From: an uncultured Nitrospiraceae bacterium
GTDB taxonomy: Bacteria; Nitrospirota; Thermodesulfovibrionia; Thermodesulfovibrionales; Dissulfurispiraceae
Assembly: GCA_963727805.1 (NCBI GenBank)
Contig: CAVSHF010000005.1
Span: 640,001 to 704,000 of the forward strand
Direction of reading: 5' to 3'
Length of the DNA: 64,000 bases
Both the position numbers and the translations under genes were made by a program. Below are positions 27,656-38,718 of the stretch, one piece after another; the first letter of the stretch is position 1; each line of letters begins with the position of its first letter. The notes beneath the pieces were generated by a model that saw only the letters and a list, made by a program, of their open reading frames with translations, ran no database searches and was not told the DNA's origin.

Positions 27656-28579
27656 TCACCTGCGCGCCAGAGACCATTTCAGCGATTCCAAAAACTCTAT
27701 CGGTTCGCTACCGCACACTGCCTTTATACCGCCCATCAACGCATCGCCGTAAAGTCCGCATACATTGTCCTTCCACATCATACGGATGAGGTCCGAAGAA
27801 ATGGGCGGATTATCCATGATCGTCTCGGCGACTCGTCCTGCCCATGTCATCATGCATTTCGGCATGCTAAGGTAAAGCACTCTCCTCTGTAATATCGAAA
27901 AAACGGCATCAAGTAACTGCCGAAAACTCATTGCCTCAGAACCGCAGAGTTCATACACCCTGTTGTCGGTTTCGGTCTTCACAAGGGAAGCGGCAAACGA
28001 GCCTGCAACATCCCTCACGTCAACAGGCTGCATGCGGTGCTCTCCTCCCGCAGGGAGTGGAACGACAGGCATAATTCTGGTGAATTTCTGCATATCCGAA
28101 AAAAGTTTTTGTTCTGGTCCGATGATTACGGAAGGCCTGAAGATCGTATGCGTAAGGCCAGATGCGCGAAGTTCCTGCTCTCCTTTGAGCTTTGTCTTAT
28201 GATAATGAGAAGGAGCATCGGGATGGACACCGAGGGCACTCATATGAACCACTTTTTTAATTCCAATTTCTTTTGCGATAGCATATAAATCGCTAGGGAT
28301 TTCGTGATGTACCCTTTCAAAAGTAATTCCTTTTGAGCGGATTTCAGAGATGATACCAATAAGATGGATAATAGCGTCGGGCATCACTGTCTGGAGCGCT
28401 TTCCTGATGGAGTGTCGATCGCTGAAATCAGTGCCTATGGGAGACACCCGTTTACTGAATATGACATCGACTTTCGCGATGTCTCTCGCTGCCGCATGGA
28501 CTTCAATTCCTTGCGCCAGTAATTCGTTCACTACATACTTCCCCACAAAACCCGTTGCCCCCGTCACGAAAACCTTCAT
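27656..28579 (-). CDS. NDUFA9-like NAD(P)-binding epimerase/dehydratase
   Basis: VFVTGATGFVG, HMSALG, YHKTK, FRPSVI, QPVDVRDVA. Confidence 0.9.
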   Translation of the reverse strand: MKVFVTGATGFVGKYVVNELLAQGIEVHAAARDIAKVDVIFSKRVSPIGTDFSDRHSIRKALQTVMPDAIIHLIGIISEIRSKGITFERVHHEIPSDLYAIAKEIGIKKVVHMSALGVHPDAPSHYHKTKLKGEQELRASGLTHTIFRPSVIIGPEQKLFSDMQKFTRIMPVVPLPAGGEHRMQPVDVRDVAGSFAASLVKTETDNRVYELCGSEAMSFRQLLDAVFSILQRRVLYLSMPKCMMTWAGRVAETIMDNPPISSDLIRMMWKDNVCGLYGDALMGGIKAVCGSEPIEFLESLKWSLARR

Positions 28580-28779
28580 TCCCGTCCTCCGGTATGCTAA
28601 AAACGATAACTTCAGCAACACTGATCAACTTCGTTCAATAATCTGTTTTATTGTAACTCAAAATAAAGAGATGTGACAGTCTCCTTTTCCCTGAATCTTA
28701 TAAGAAGGATAAAACTAGGCGCGAAAGAATTATAAATGATTGCGAATTGCAGAAGTACCCTCTATAAAGGGTGGAGTGT

Positions 28780-29805
28780 TTATGGAGAAAAAATAATAAC
28801 GATTGCATATATGACATAAAACAAGCCACTTAATAGCACCGTGACGGGTGAGAGCTTTTTTCGTATCGAGATATCAGCTAGGACCATTAATGTCGATAGA
28901 AGAGCGAGGATCGCGGAAAAGAGAGAGAGACCAGAGAGTGCCCAATCGGTGAAGAGCAGTCCGAGCGAAACGGGGAATGTTGCCTGAAAAACCATAGCCC
29001 CGGTTATATTCCCAACCGCAAGAGAGTCTTTTCCTTTGAAGGTCCAACTTACGCTATTGAACTTTTCCGGCAGTTCGGTTGCAATCGGGGCCACGAGAAG
29101 GGCAAAAAGAAGCGGGCTTACCCCCCAAGCTCTGGAGAGCATCTCAAGCCCTCTCACAAATACTTGAGCACCTCCAACCATCAATGCAAGCGCGCATGTA
29201 ACCTGAAAACCGATAAGAGGGATTCCTTCAGGACCTTGTGTTACGGCTGAAGACCGGTTGCGAAGAAACTTAACAAATCTTCTCATGTAGAGTTCCTCGG
29301 CATGAAAGATGCCCTCACTTTTCCCCCTAAAAGTAATTACTGCGTAAATGATGTAGCCAACCACAAGTCCAACCGCGATAAAGATCCTGCCCCCCTTAAC
29401 GAAAGCGGGAATCGAGATCGCCGCCCCATACATTAAGATAAAAAAAACGAGGTCTCTTTTCACGTTATGGAGTTCTACCCGCAGCTCAAAAGCTCTTTTC
29501 TTCCTGATAAAGCTAGCAATCGCGGTGACACCAACGAGAAAAAAAGCGAGTGTCGATAACATGAATGGGGCCCCGAGTATTGCTCCAACCCCGATATGTT
29601 TGCCGGCGGTTCCTCCATGCATAAAGATAGCCACGAAAGGGAGTATCGTTTCGGGCAGTGCCGTGCCAACCGCAGCCAGGAGGCTTCCCACGACGGCCTG
29701 AGATAGACAAAGTCTGCTGCCAAAGGCCTCGACGCCGTTGGTGAAAACTTCAGCACTGATTAATATCATCAGCAGGCTTAAGATGAGCAGAAAGATTTCT
29801 ATCAT
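28780..29805 (-). CDS. Ca2+/cation antiporter (CaCA/YrbG-like)
   Basis: Alpha repeats AVGTALPE and PIATELPE...GNITGA; about 10 TM segments. Confidence 0.9.
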   Translation of the reverse strand: MIEIFLLILSLLMILISAEVFTNGVEAFGSRLCLSQAVVGSLLAAVGTALPETILPFVAIFMHGGTAGKHIGVGAILGAPFMLSTLAFFLVGVTAIASFIRKKRAFELRVELHNVKRDLVFFILMYGAAISIPAFVKGGRIFIAVGLVVGYIIYAVITFRGKSEGIFHAEELYMRRFVKFLRNRSSAVTQGPEGIPLIGFQVTCALALMVGGAQVFVRGLEMLSRAWGVSPLLFALLVAPIATELPEKFNSVSWTFKGKDSLAVGNITGAMVFQATFPVSLGLLFTDWALSGLSLFSAILALLSTLMVLADISIRKKLSPVTVLLSGLFYVIYAIVIIFSP

Positions 29806-29807
29806 TC

Positions 29808-30353
29808 TCAGCAGACGATAAAGACCGGGCAGGAAGAAGATCGAATGACAGACTCCGATACACCACCTAGATGGATGCCGCTTAAGAAAGTCGACCCTCT
29901 CGCTCCCATAACGATGAGGTCAATATCCATATCCCAACCGGCCTCACTGATTATTGAACAAGGATCGCCACACCTGATCATCCGTTGCACACCGCCAATA
30001 TCTTGGACAAGACTGGCGAGTCGCTGCTCGGCATCGGTCATAGTTTTGCTCAAATACCCTTCTTGATCCTTTGCATTGCAACCTTTGCGCAAAGAAAACT
30101 GAAAATAGGGGTCGGAAATCATGTGAAGAACGATTAGTTCTGACTTGTTCTCCTTTGCGAGATATCCCGCCCACCCGAGTGCATTGATAGAGCCGGCTGA
30201 AAAATCGACAGGACAGAGTATCTTTCTTATTTTTACCGCACCGGCGACGGCACCCTTATTACCTGCCATGCCGGCGGGCCATTCCGTATAAGTTAGTGTA
30301 TTATTGGTATTAGGGTCAAAATCAAGTGCCGCGATTGTCTTTTTTAAATCCAT
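29808..30353 (-). CDS. universal stress protein
   Basis: KILCPVDFS, DLIVMGARG, LGGVSESVIRSSSCPVFIV. Confidence 0.88.
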   Translation of the reverse strand: MDLKKTIAALDFDPNTNNTLTYTEWPAGMAGNKGAVAGAVKIRKILCPVDFSAGSINALGWAGYLAKENKSELIVLHMISDPYFQFSLRKGCNAKDQEGYLSKTMTDAEQRLASLVQDIGGVQRMIRCGDPCSIISEAGWDMDIDLIVMGARGSTFLSGIHLGGVSESVIRSSSCPVFIVC

Positions 30354-30417
30354 TCTGTCGTCGGGCTATGAGATCTTTATGTTTTCAGAATCCATTTCAA
30401 ACTGTCCGATGGAAGCG

Positions 30418-30450
30418 AAAAAAAAAGAGGTGACGCTCCCTGTCACCTCT
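30418..30450 (-). terminator. rho-independent terminator of HU gene
   Basis: AGAGGTGAC/GTCACCTCT stem followed by a U-tract on the minus strand. Confidence 0.8.
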
Positions 30451-30469
30451 CCCTTTCGTGATGGATTGC

Positions 30470-30742
30470 TTACTTTATTGAATCTTTCAAGGTCTTGCCT
30501 GCGGTGAACTTCGGTACTTTTGTAGCAGGGATCTTGATCTCTTGGCCGGTCCTCGGGTTGCGTCCTTTTCTTGCCTTCCTCTTGGAAACGGAGAATGTCC
30601 CGAAACCTACGAGGGTGACCTTCTGTCCCTTCTTGAGAGAAAGTCCGATAGTCTTGATGGTTGCATCGAGCGCGTTACCCGCGTCTGCTTTGGTGAGGTT
30701 CGCTGCTGCTGCGATCTTATCGATCAAATCGGCTTTTGTCAT
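30470..30742 (-). CDS. hup: HU family DNA-binding protein
   Basis: [32 protein letters not shown]. Confidence 0.96.
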   Translation of the reverse strand: MTKADLIDKIAAAANLTKADAGNALDATIKTIGLSLKKGQKVTLVGFGTFSVSKRKARKGRNPRTGQEIKIPATKVPKFTAGKTLKDSIK

Positions 30743-30788
30743 AGCTTAATCCCTCCTTTCTTTAAATAGTATTTGCATGTTGCTATAA

Positions 30789-30817
30789 ACAATACCAAGA
30801 AGAATGGTTTTTGTCAA
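30789..30817 (-). promoter_or_regulatory. sigma70 promoter of HU gene
   Basis: TTGACA-17 bp-TATTGT on minus strand. Confidence 0.65.
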
Positions 30818-30846
30818 GAGGGAAAATAGACAAAATCGCGTAAATA

Positions 30847-32958
30847 TTACCTCCTCACATGCACCACTCCGTCCATCTGTGCTATCTTATTAATCAGGCC
30901 GATGAGCTGGTTTCTATCCTTTATCTCGATAGTGAGTTCGATAAGCGCCCTTTTGTCGGCCGTCGAATCGGCTTTTACCGAGGTAATATTCACATTCAGC
31001 AAAGAGATAAGGGCGCTGAGATTGGCTAGTATCCCCGGTTTGTCAAGACTTTCGACGAATACCTTCGTCTGCGTCGTCGCATCCCCATCATGGCTCCATT
31101 CGACCTCGATCATACGCTCTGCATCACCTGCTAGCCTTTCGAGATTAGGACACTGTTTTCGGTGGATGGTAACCCCTTTGCCTTTGGTAATGAACCCTAT
31201 AATATTGTCTCCGGGCACGGGCAGACAGCATTTGCCGATACGATAAAGAACATTATCGATCCCCTTGATCCTAATAACATCCCGATGCACCTTCTCATGT
31301 CGAACCGTTTTGGGAAGGAGCGGTTCTTCTTTTTCAGGTTCAAACTTGTTAATCACCTGATGTGCCGATATTTTCCCATAGCCGATAAGAACAAAGAGGT
31401 CTTCCAGCGTTTGGATACTAAAGCTCTTTAGGACTTCTTCCATCTTAGTGGACTTCAGTATGGCAAGTGGCAAACTATGCCTTCTCAGCTCTTCCTCGAT
31501 GAGTTTCGTGCCGAGTTCAACTCCCCTCTTACGCTCCTCCGCCCTAGTCCACTGCCGGATTCTGCTTTTAGCACGTTGGGTTACAACGAATTTGAGCCAG
31601 TCCTTGCTCGGGGTCTGTGTCGGGGAAGTAAGGATCTCGACCACATCTCCGCTGTTAAGCTTATATCTCAAAGGAACGATTCTGCCGTTTACCTTGGCGC
31701 CGACACACCTGTTGCCGACAGCAGAATGGATGCTGAAAGCAAAATCGATCGGCGTCGAATCGACCGGCAGTTCCTTGATGTCGCCACGCGGAGTAAATAC
31801 GTATACCGTATCGGGGACAACCTCTCCCTTGACCGCCTCGAGGAATTCCTTAGCATCGGATATCTCTTTGACGAGGTCCCGCAGCCAGGTGACAAAACGA
31901 GAGTTTTTTTGGTCGACTGCCTCTCTTTTTTCCTTATACCTCCAATGAGCCGCAATGCCCTCTTCAGCAATCTCGTCCATCTCCTTGGTACGAATCTGCA
32001 ACTCGACCCTCTCGCCCGAGGGACCGTTGACGGTGGTATGAAGGGACTGATACATATTCGATTTGGGAAGGCTGATGAAATCCTTAAAACGCCCGGGCAC
32101 CAAGGGCCAAAGGGAATGAATAATGCCGAGGATGTCATAACAATGAGCGACTGTATCGGTAATGATCCTGATACCAATTACGTCGTAGACCTGCTCGAAG
32201 GGGATTTTCTGCTTGATGATCTTCTGGTAAATGCTGTAATGATGTTTGAGACGACCTTTGATCTTCGCCTCTATATTCAATGGCTTGAGCTTTTCTGAAA
32301 TAATCGAGATCACTTCACTGATAAATCGCTGACTCTCTGCCGTTCGCCTGGCGACCTTGATCTCAAGTTCATTATAAAGATCGGGCATAAGGGTCTTGAA
32401 GCAAAGGTCTTCGAGCTCGATGCGCAACCAGCCAATCCCGAGCCTATTTGCAAGGGGCGCATAGATGTCGAGGGTCTCCCGCGCGATCCTTCTCTGCTTC
32501 TCTTCGGGAAGGTGTTCGATAGTCCTCATGTTGTGTAGCCGGTCAGCAAACTTAATGAGGATGACCCTTACATCCTTGGCCATGGCGAGAAGCATCTTCC
32601 TGAAGTTCTCAGCCTGTACTTCCTCGCGTGTCATAAACTCGACCTTGTTTAACTTGGTAACTGCATCGACAAGAAAAGCGATCTCGGCACCGAACATCCC
32701 CTTAATGTCTTCCGCTGACATTCCGGTGTCTTCGATGGTATCATGGAGCAACCCCGCAGCGATTGTTGCTGAGTCAAGCTTCATGTCGGCGAGGATATCC
32801 GCAACCGAAATGGGGTGCTGAATATATGGGGAGCCTTCCACCCGTGTCTGACTAGAGTGCGCATCACGCGAAAAAATGTAGGCCTTCTTGATGATTTCTA
32901 TATTTGCCTTGGGATTATAGGCGAGGACCTTTTCCAGCAAATGCTCGATCTTTTCCAT
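30847..32958 (-). CDS. rel: bifunctional (p)ppGpp synthetase/hydrolase (RelA/SpoT)
   Basis: HD domain LLHDTIED, synthetase RFKDF/YQSLHT/ELQIRT, TGS, CC and ACT domains. Confidence 0.96.
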   Translation of the reverse strand: MEKIEHLLEKVLAYNPKANIEIIKKAYIFSRDAHSSQTRVEGSPYIQHPISVADILADMKLDSATIAAGLLHDTIEDTGMSAEDIKGMFGAEIAFLVDAVTKLNKVEFMTREEVQAENFRKMLLAMAKDVRVILIKFADRLHNMRTIEHLPEEKQRRIARETLDIYAPLANRLGIGWLRIELEDLCFKTLMPDLYNELEIKVARRTAESQRFISEVISIISEKLKPLNIEAKIKGRLKHHYSIYQKIIKQKIPFEQVYDVIGIRIITDTVAHCYDILGIIHSLWPLVPGRFKDFISLPKSNMYQSLHTTVNGPSGERVELQIRTKEMDEIAEEGIAAHWRYKEKREAVDQKNSRFVTWLRDLVKEISDAKEFLEAVKGEVVPDTVYVFTPRGDIKELPVDSTPIDFAFSIHSAVGNRCVGAKVNGRIVPLRYKLNSGDVVEILTSPTQTPSKDWLKFVVTQRAKSRIRQWTRAEERKRGVELGTKLIEEELRRHSLPLAILKSTKMEEVLKSFSIQTLEDLFVLIGYGKISAHQVINKFEPEKEEPLLPKTVRHEKVHRDVIRIKGIDNVLYRIGKCCLPVPGDNIIGFITKGKGVTIHRKQCPNLERLAGDAERMIEVEWSHDGDATTQTKVFVESLDKPGILANLSALISLLNVNITSVKADSTADKRALIELTIEIKDRNQLIGLINKIAQMDGVVHVRR

Positions 32959-33060
32959 TTTTAATTATACCTGTTTATGTTTAAACATGAGAAGTCAGCG
33001 ACGGGAGCCGAATTGATCCTGACTTCTGACTCCTTATTCATATGTGTTAAGATAATTTCC

Positions 33061-34317
33061 ATGGAACAGTTGATTATCCGCGGAGGCAAAACCCTCAAAG
33101 GTGAGGTTGCGATAAGCGGCGCCAAGAACGCGGCTTTGCCGATTATAACCGCTTCAATACTCGCTCCGGGCGTCCACCAGATTACCAATGTACCGGAACT
33201 CCGCGACGTGGTCACCATGGGCCGCCTGATCGGCCACATGGGGGGCCTGACCGGCTATCGTGCGGGCATCATGACCTTGGATACCGGCCGCTTGAGGACT
33301 CCCGAAGCACCTTACGAACTCGTAAAGACCATGCGAGCATCAGTGCTTGTACTCGGTCCTCTCGTAGCGCGCTTCGGCAAGGCGCGGGTATCCCTACCAG
33401 GTGGCTGTGCTATTGGCGGGCGCCCAATTGATCAGCATATTAAAGGACTCGAAAAGCTCGGTGCAAAAATCACGCTTGAGGCTGGCTACGTAATCGCAAG
33501 GGCGAAGCAACTAAAAGGCTCGAAAATCTATTTCGATATCCCTACAGTAACCGGCACCGAAAACATCATGATGGCGGCCACCCTCGCCAAAGGTACGACA
33601 GTCCTAGAAAATGCCGCCCGTGAGCCTGAGGTAAAGGACCTCGCAGACTGTCTCATCTCCATGGGGGCTAAGATCAAGGGGGCTGGCGAGAGCGTCATCG
33701 AGATCATAGGCGTCGACAGCTTGATTCCCATTGCAAATTATGCAGTAATTCCCGACCGCATCGAGGCCGGCACCTTTATGGCTATTGCCGGAGCCTGCGG
33801 GGGAGACATCGTACTCAAGGGCTGCCGCACTGAGCACCTCGACGCCGTAGTCATGAAGCTCAAGGATGTCGGACTCCGTTTTGCTAATACGAAAAGAGGA
33901 CTCAGGGTCATCGGCCCGAAACGGCCCCAGTCATGCACCATTACGACTCTACCCTATCCTGGATTTCCAACTGATATGCAGGCCCAGATCATGGCCCTTG
34001 TGGCCATTGCCGGCGGCACGAGCATCATCCACGAGAACATATTCGAAAACCGTTTCATGCATGTGGCCGAGCTCCGGCGCATGGGAGCAAACATATCCAT
34101 TGACGGAGGCACTGCAGCGGTGAAAGGGGTTGACCGGCTCACCGGCGCTCCGGTCATGGCGACAGACCTGAGAGCCTCGGCGTCGCTCATTGTCGCTGCG
34201 CTATGCGCAAAGGGGCAGAGCTCGATTCAACGCATCTACCACCTTGACCGCGGGTACGAACGCATTGACGAGAAACTACGCAAGATCGGTGCCGATGTGA
34301 GACGCATAGCTGAATAA
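33061..34317 (+). CDS. murA: UDP-N-acetylglucosamine 1-carboxyvinyltransferase
   Basis: [41 protein letters not shown]. Confidence 0.97.
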   Translation: MEQLIIRGGKTLKGEVAISGAKNAALPIITASILAPGVHQITNVPELRDVVTMGRLIGHMGGLTGYRAGIMTLDTGRLRTPEAPYELVKTMRASVLVLGPLVARFGKARVSLPGGCAIGGRPIDQHIKGLEKLGAKITLEAGYVIARAKQLKGSKIYFDIPTVTGTENIMMAATLAKGTTVLENAAREPEVKDLADCLISMGAKIKGAGESVIEIIGVDSLIPIANYAVIPDRIEAGTFMAIAGACGGDIVLKGCRTEHLDAVVMKLKDVGLRFANTKRGLRVIGPKRPQSCTITTLPYPGFPTDMQAQIMALVAIAGGTSIIHENIFENRFMHVAELRRMGANISIDGGTAAVKGVDRLTGAPVMATDLRASASLIVAALCAKGQSSIQRIYHLDRGYERIDEKLRKIGADVRRIAE

Positions 34318-34318
34318 G

Positions 34319-36061
34319 TTATTTTTTAAACATCTTCTTCAATTCAGAGGCTGATATCAGTATCCTGGTCGGCCTTCCATGAGGACAACGGTCGGGATCT
34401 TTACATGCATCAAGACTCTTGAGAAGCTCCGAAATGCTTATCTTGTCAGGCACTTCTTTTCCCCTTATCGATGAATGGCACGCAAGCCGGGCTGCGACAT
34501 TTCTTAGTACCGAACTCAAAGGTTCAACTGCCTTATACACTCCTGGTCCCTCTTCGGCAATGCACGCAGCAACATCGCTCAAAAGTTCTTTAACGTCCGA
34601 TTCCCTCAAAATTTCAGGGAGACTCCTGACCAGGAGCGTTCCGTGGCCGAAGTCCTCGGCCTCGATACCGAGGTCACTTAGCAGGGGTAGATTTTCAAGA
34701 ATAACCCTGTATTCTTTCGGCCCCACCTTTACCTGCTGCGGAAAGAGCAACCGATGAGATACGAGCTCATCTATCTTCAAAAGCTTCTCATAATTCACTC
34801 TCTCATGGGCTGCATGATAATCGAGCAGTATAAGCCCCTTTTCAGACGAAATTGCGACAAAAGTTTCTCCCAAATACAGGAAGGAGATGGTAGTCTCGTA
34901 AGCCAAGCCCAGCGATGCGGATATCGTTGTACAGCCCGAGGCACCTTGTCCTCCGTTCATGATGCCTCGATTCCCTTGTACTATCGGACCTGAAACATTT
35001 CCTACTGAATATTGGCCTTCGATCTTATCGCCCGCCGAAGTTACAGAAAGAAACTCCAGATCAGAGCCCTTTAAGGCCTCTTGTGCTGTCCTAAAGATGA
35101 GATTATAAATTCCGGTCTTATCCTCGAAACGCACCTCCCTCTTGGTGGGATGAACATTTACATCAACCCTTTCCGGATCGATATTGAGAAAAATGAAAAA
35201 GACAGGATGTTTATCCTTTGGAATGAGGTCGTTGTATGCCTTATATATGGCGTGGTTGACTGCCGGGTCCCTGATCGGCCTGCGGTTGATAAAGAGGTAC
35301 TGGCTGTTCCTATTACTCCGTACGTCCGAAGCCTTCCCTAAAAAAATCCTGAGGGAATAATCGTCACCCTCCACGGCAGTTTCTATCATACCATCTGCAA
35401 AGCCCTTTCCATAGACTTGCATTATCCGTTCCTTGACTGAGAAAGCCGGAGAGAGGGAAAGGATGTCTTCTCCCTCAATACGGAGGATAAAACCGATATC
35501 ACAATGCGACAGAGCCTCCCTCGTCACAGCGTCGATGATATGATAGTTTTCGGTGGTATCCGATTTAAGGAATTTACGTCTAGCGGGGGTATTGAAAAAA
35601 ATGTCTTTCACTTCGATCATCGTTCCGGAAGCAGCACAATCTTTCACGCTCTTTATCTCGCCTCCGGCCATTTCAGCGCAGATCCCTGTCATGGTTTCGG
35701 CTAACTCGCTGACCTTAGGTGCAGTAATAAGTCGCACTTTCGAGATTGCAGCGATTGAAGAGAGTGCCTCTCCCCTAAATCCCATTGAACATATTCGCAA
35801 TAGATCATCTTCCTCACTGATCTTGCTGGTTGCATACCGTTCAAATGCCAGAAGGGCATCCTCACGACCCATTCCATTGCCATTATCGGAAATTCTGATG
35901 AGTTTCTTTCCAGCGCCCAATATGGCGATCTCGATCCGTGAACTATCAGCATCAATGGCGTTCTCAACAAGTTCCTTAACAACCGATGCGGGACGTTCGA
36001 TTACCTCTCCCGCTGCAATCTTGTTCCTAAGCAAAAGCGGAAGGATTTTTATTATGTTCAT
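34319..36061 (-). CDS. mutL: DNA mismatch repair endonuclease MutL
   Basis: KIAAGEVIERP, GFRGEAL, DVNVHPTKREV, DYHAAHER, CPHGRP. Confidence 0.96.
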   Translation of the reverse strand: MNIIKILPLLLRNKIAAGEVIERPASVVKELVENAIDADSSRIEIAILGAGKKLIRISDNGNGMGREDALLAFERYATSKISEEDDLLRICSMGFRGEALSSIAAISKVRLITAPKVSELAETMTGICAEMAGGEIKSVKDCAASGTMIEVKDIFFNTPARRKFLKSDTTENYHIIDAVTREALSHCDIGFILRIEGEDILSLSPAFSVKERIMQVYGKGFADGMIETAVEGDDYSLRIFLGKASDVRSNRNSQYLFINRRPIRDPAVNHAIYKAYNDLIPKDKHPVFFIFLNIDPERVDVNVHPTKREVRFEDKTGIYNLIFRTAQEALKGSDLEFLSVTSAGDKIEGQYSVGNVSGPIVQGNRGIMNGGQGASGCTTISASLGLAYETTISFLYLGETFVAISSEKGLILLDYHAAHERVNYEKLLKIDELVSHRLLFPQQVKVGPKEYRVILENLPLLSDLGIEAEDFGHGTLLVRSLPEILRESDVKELLSDVAACIAEEGPGVYKAVEPLSSVLRNVAARLACHSSIRGKEVPDKISISELLKSLDACKDPDRCPHGRPTRILISASELKKMFKK

Positions 36062-36244
36062 AATGCCTATTCTAACACAGCAAAAGCGGTTAAAGAGTTA
36101 CAATTATAAGATTCCCTGTAAAGCAAATAGTGCAGAGAACCATATGCAAGAGTTCGCCAACCATGAAGCAGCGACGCTCTTCGCCTCTATCACTCTTTGA
36201 TTCTGAAACTGTTCTTCATTATCCTCATAATGGTATAATTTATC

Positions 36245-37291
36245 ATGAAAAAAATCCTTATGCGGGGGAATGATGCCATTGCTGAAGCGGCCATTCAGGC
36301 AGAGTGCAGGTTCTATGCAGGCTACCCCATAACCCCTCAGAACGAAATCCCCGAATACATGGCAAGAAGGATGCCGGAAGTAGGTGGCATCTTTATCCAG
36401 GCTGAAAGCGAAATTGCCGCGATCAATATGGTCTATGGAGCTTCTGCCTGTGGCACAAGGGCTATGACCTCATCAAGCAGTCCGGGAATAAGCCTCAAGC
36501 AGGAATGCATATCTTTCCTCGCTGCGGCGCAACTTCCCGCCGTTATTGTAAATATGCAGCGGGGCGGGCCCGGTCTGGGGAATATCTCGGCGAGTCAGGG
36601 AGATTATTTTCAGGCGGTTAAGGGCGGCGGTCATGGCGACTACAGACTCTTGGTATATGCGCCATACAACTTACAGGAGTGCTGGGACCTGACCATGCTC
36701 TCCTTTGATAAGTCCGATGAATACAGGACCCCCGTCATGATCCTCGGGGATGCAATACTCGGTCAAATGATGGAGCCTTTCAATACTACTCCCTACGTGA
36801 AACCCGATCTGCCGCTAAAGACATGGGCACTCGGAGGCTGCAGGGGGAGAGCGCCGAATGTAGTGAAGTCGCTGTTTATGGGCGAAGGCGAACTGGAACT
36901 GCTGAATTACAAGCTCGCACAGAAATACCGTGACATGATAGAGCGGGAGGTAAAGTATCAGGAGTATATGACTGATGATGCCAGCCTTATCGTCGTAGCT
37001 TTCGGCATCTCGGCAAGGATCGCCTATTCTGCGGTGCGGAGGCTGAGAGGTGACGGCCGCAAGGTTGGCTTATTCAGACCTATTTCCCTCTATCCCTTCC
37101 CGGAACTCCGGCTTAACAATCTTGCAGGAGGGAGTACACGATTTCTGACTGTCGAACTGAATATGGGCCAGATGGTGGAAGATGTGAGGCTGGCAGTCAA
37201 CGGGAAGTCGGAAGTCCTCTTTTACGGCAAGCCCGGCGGCAGCATTATAACGCCAGAAGATCTTTACGATAAAATCTCAGGAATGCTGTAA
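36245..37291 (+). CDS. vorB: 2-oxoacid:ferredoxin oxidoreductase alpha subunit (VorB-like)
   Basis: YAGYPITPQNE, QAESEIAA, TSSSSPGISL, RGGPGLG, GGGHGDY. Confidence 0.88.
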   Translation: MKKILMRGNDAIAEAAIQAECRFYAGYPITPQNEIPEYMARRMPEVGGIFIQAESEIAAINMVYGASACGTRAMTSSSSPGISLKQECISFLAAAQLPAVIVNMQRGGPGLGNISASQGDYFQAVKGGGHGDYRLLVYAPYNLQECWDLTMLSFDKSDEYRTPVMILGDAILGQMMEPFNTTPYVKPDLPLKTWALGGCRGRAPNVVKSLFMGEGELELLNYKLAQKYRDMIEREVKYQEYMTDDASLIVVAFGISARIAYSAVRRLRGDGRKVGLFRPISLYPFPELRLNNLAGGSTRFLTVELNMGQMVEDVRLAVNGKSEVLFYGKPGGSIITPEDLYDKISGML

Positions 37292-38314
37292 TGCCTTGAT
37301 CTTTTCGAAGATCAGAGCCTTTGCAGTCTCGATATCAGCCTTAATCCTACAGCCCGCGGCGTTCTTATGCCCCCCGCCTTCAAACAGTTCGGCGATGCGG
37401 ACAACATTAAGATCATCCTTCGACCGCAGGCTCACTTTGTATTCGTCCTTGCCTATTTCCCTGAACATAACCGAAATATTGATGTTCTTCAGGATGCGAG
37501 GAAATGAGACGAAGTTTTCAGTATCGTCAGGTGAGGTGGAGGTTGCCTCTAACATCTTTTTCGTTACCAAGCTAAAGACGACGTCATCTCTAATTTCAAG
37601 GGATTCGATCACCTTCAGGTAGAGCTTGAAGCGATTGTCAGACCATGATTCATAGAGTTCGCGGTAAATAATGTGAGGCCTCGCTCCGCAATCAATAAGC
37701 TCAGCACCTACACGAAAAACCGCAGATGTAGCATTTTCAAAACGAAAATTCCCGGTATCGATGACAATAGCCGCATATAGGTTTGTCGCCATCTCTGGGG
37801 TTATAGTGATGTCAAGCGCCCTGATCAGGCAAAAAACCATCAGCCCTGTCGCTGCCGCTTTCGGCTCGATCCATTTAATGACTCCGAAAGGCTTCTGTGT
37901 TTGGTGATGATCTATCACAATAGTAGGCATCCCTCCGGCAAGCGCTTCCTTCAGGTCTTCGGCAGGGGGAGACTGCCGCATTTTTTCAAGACCAATCCGC
38001 TCGGGATCATTGCAGTCAAGAAGCATGAGCATACTGAAATCGCCTGGTTTATGCCCTGCGGCATGAAGAGATTCGAAAGTATGGAAGTGCTCATTGTATG
38101 GCAGAAAACGGTACTGATCGGGAATGTGATGCTTGTCGAGCAGGATCGCCTTCTTTCCCATTTTTTCGATAGCCATTGCAAGGGCGGCGGCCGACCCGAT
38201 AGCGTCTCCATCGGGATTGACATGCGTTGCAATAAGGAAATTATCGCTTTTTCTAAGTATGTCTATCAACGCTGGAGGCGGATCCAAGCTGTATTCAATG
38301 CACCGGGAATTCAT
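37277..38314 (-). CDS. nrnA: DHH/DHHA1 oligoribonuclease/pAp phosphatase
   Basis: HVNPDGDAIGS, IDHH, DTGNF, GGGHKNAAG; follows rbfA. Confidence 0.92.
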   Translation of the reverse strand: MNSRCIEYSLDPPPALIDILRKSDNFLIATHVNPDGDAIGSAAALAMAIEKMGKKAILLDKHHIPDQYRFLPYNEHFHTFESLHAAGHKPGDFSMLMLLDCNDPERIGLEKMRQSPPAEDLKEALAGGMPTIVIDHHQTQKPFGVIKWIEPKAAATGLMVFCLIRALDITITPEMATNLYAAIVIDTGNFRFENATSAVFRVGAELIDCGARPHIIYRELYESWSDNRFKLYLKVIESLEIRDDVVFSLVTKKMLEATSTSPDDTENFVSFPRILKNINISVMFREIGKDEYKVSLRSKDDLNVVRIAELFEGGGHKNAAGCRIKADIETAKALIFEKIKALQHS

Positions 38315-38679
38315 TCACCATCCTCTTGCTTTGGGGCCTGTTCACTGATCTCCTTGAGAAGCTTGTCGATCTTGAAACCCTGCTCTATGGACTCGTCGAT
38401 CCAGAACTCAAGTGTGGGGATAAATTTCGATCTGACTCTCTTGGCGACCTCGCTGCGGATTAGGCCCTTTGCGCCGTTAAGAATTTCGATGACAATGGCC
38501 TTTTCATCACTGTTCAGGACGCTAACGTATACGCGGGCGATCTTCAGATCCTCGGAGAGGCTGACGTCCGTAATAGTAACGAACCCAAGGCGGGGATCTT
38601 TGACCCGCCTCATTATAATGTCAGCGATCTCCTCCCTGAGGAGAATATTCAATCTTTGTGAGCGCTTGTATGGTTGCAT
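38311..38679 (-). CDS. rbfA: ribosome-binding factor A
   Basis: VKDPRLGFVTITDVSLSEDLKIARVYVS; PTLEFxxD. Confidence 0.95.
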   Translation of the reverse strand: MQPYKRSQRLNILLREEIADIIMRRVKDPRLGFVTITDVSLSEDLKIARVYVSVLNSDEKAIVIEILNGAKGLIRSEVAKRVRSKFIPTLEFWIDESIEQGFKIDKLLKEISEQAPKQEDGE

Positions 38680-38718
38680 GACTTTGTTAAAAGGCGCACT
38701 TTCGGGGCAGTGACGATT

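Noticed and set aside
31477..32298. 273-aa plus-strand ORF
   Set aside because: Antisense shadow of rel; no motif.
37901..38713. 270-aa plus-strand ORF
   Set aside because: Antisense to nrnA and rbfA; no motif.
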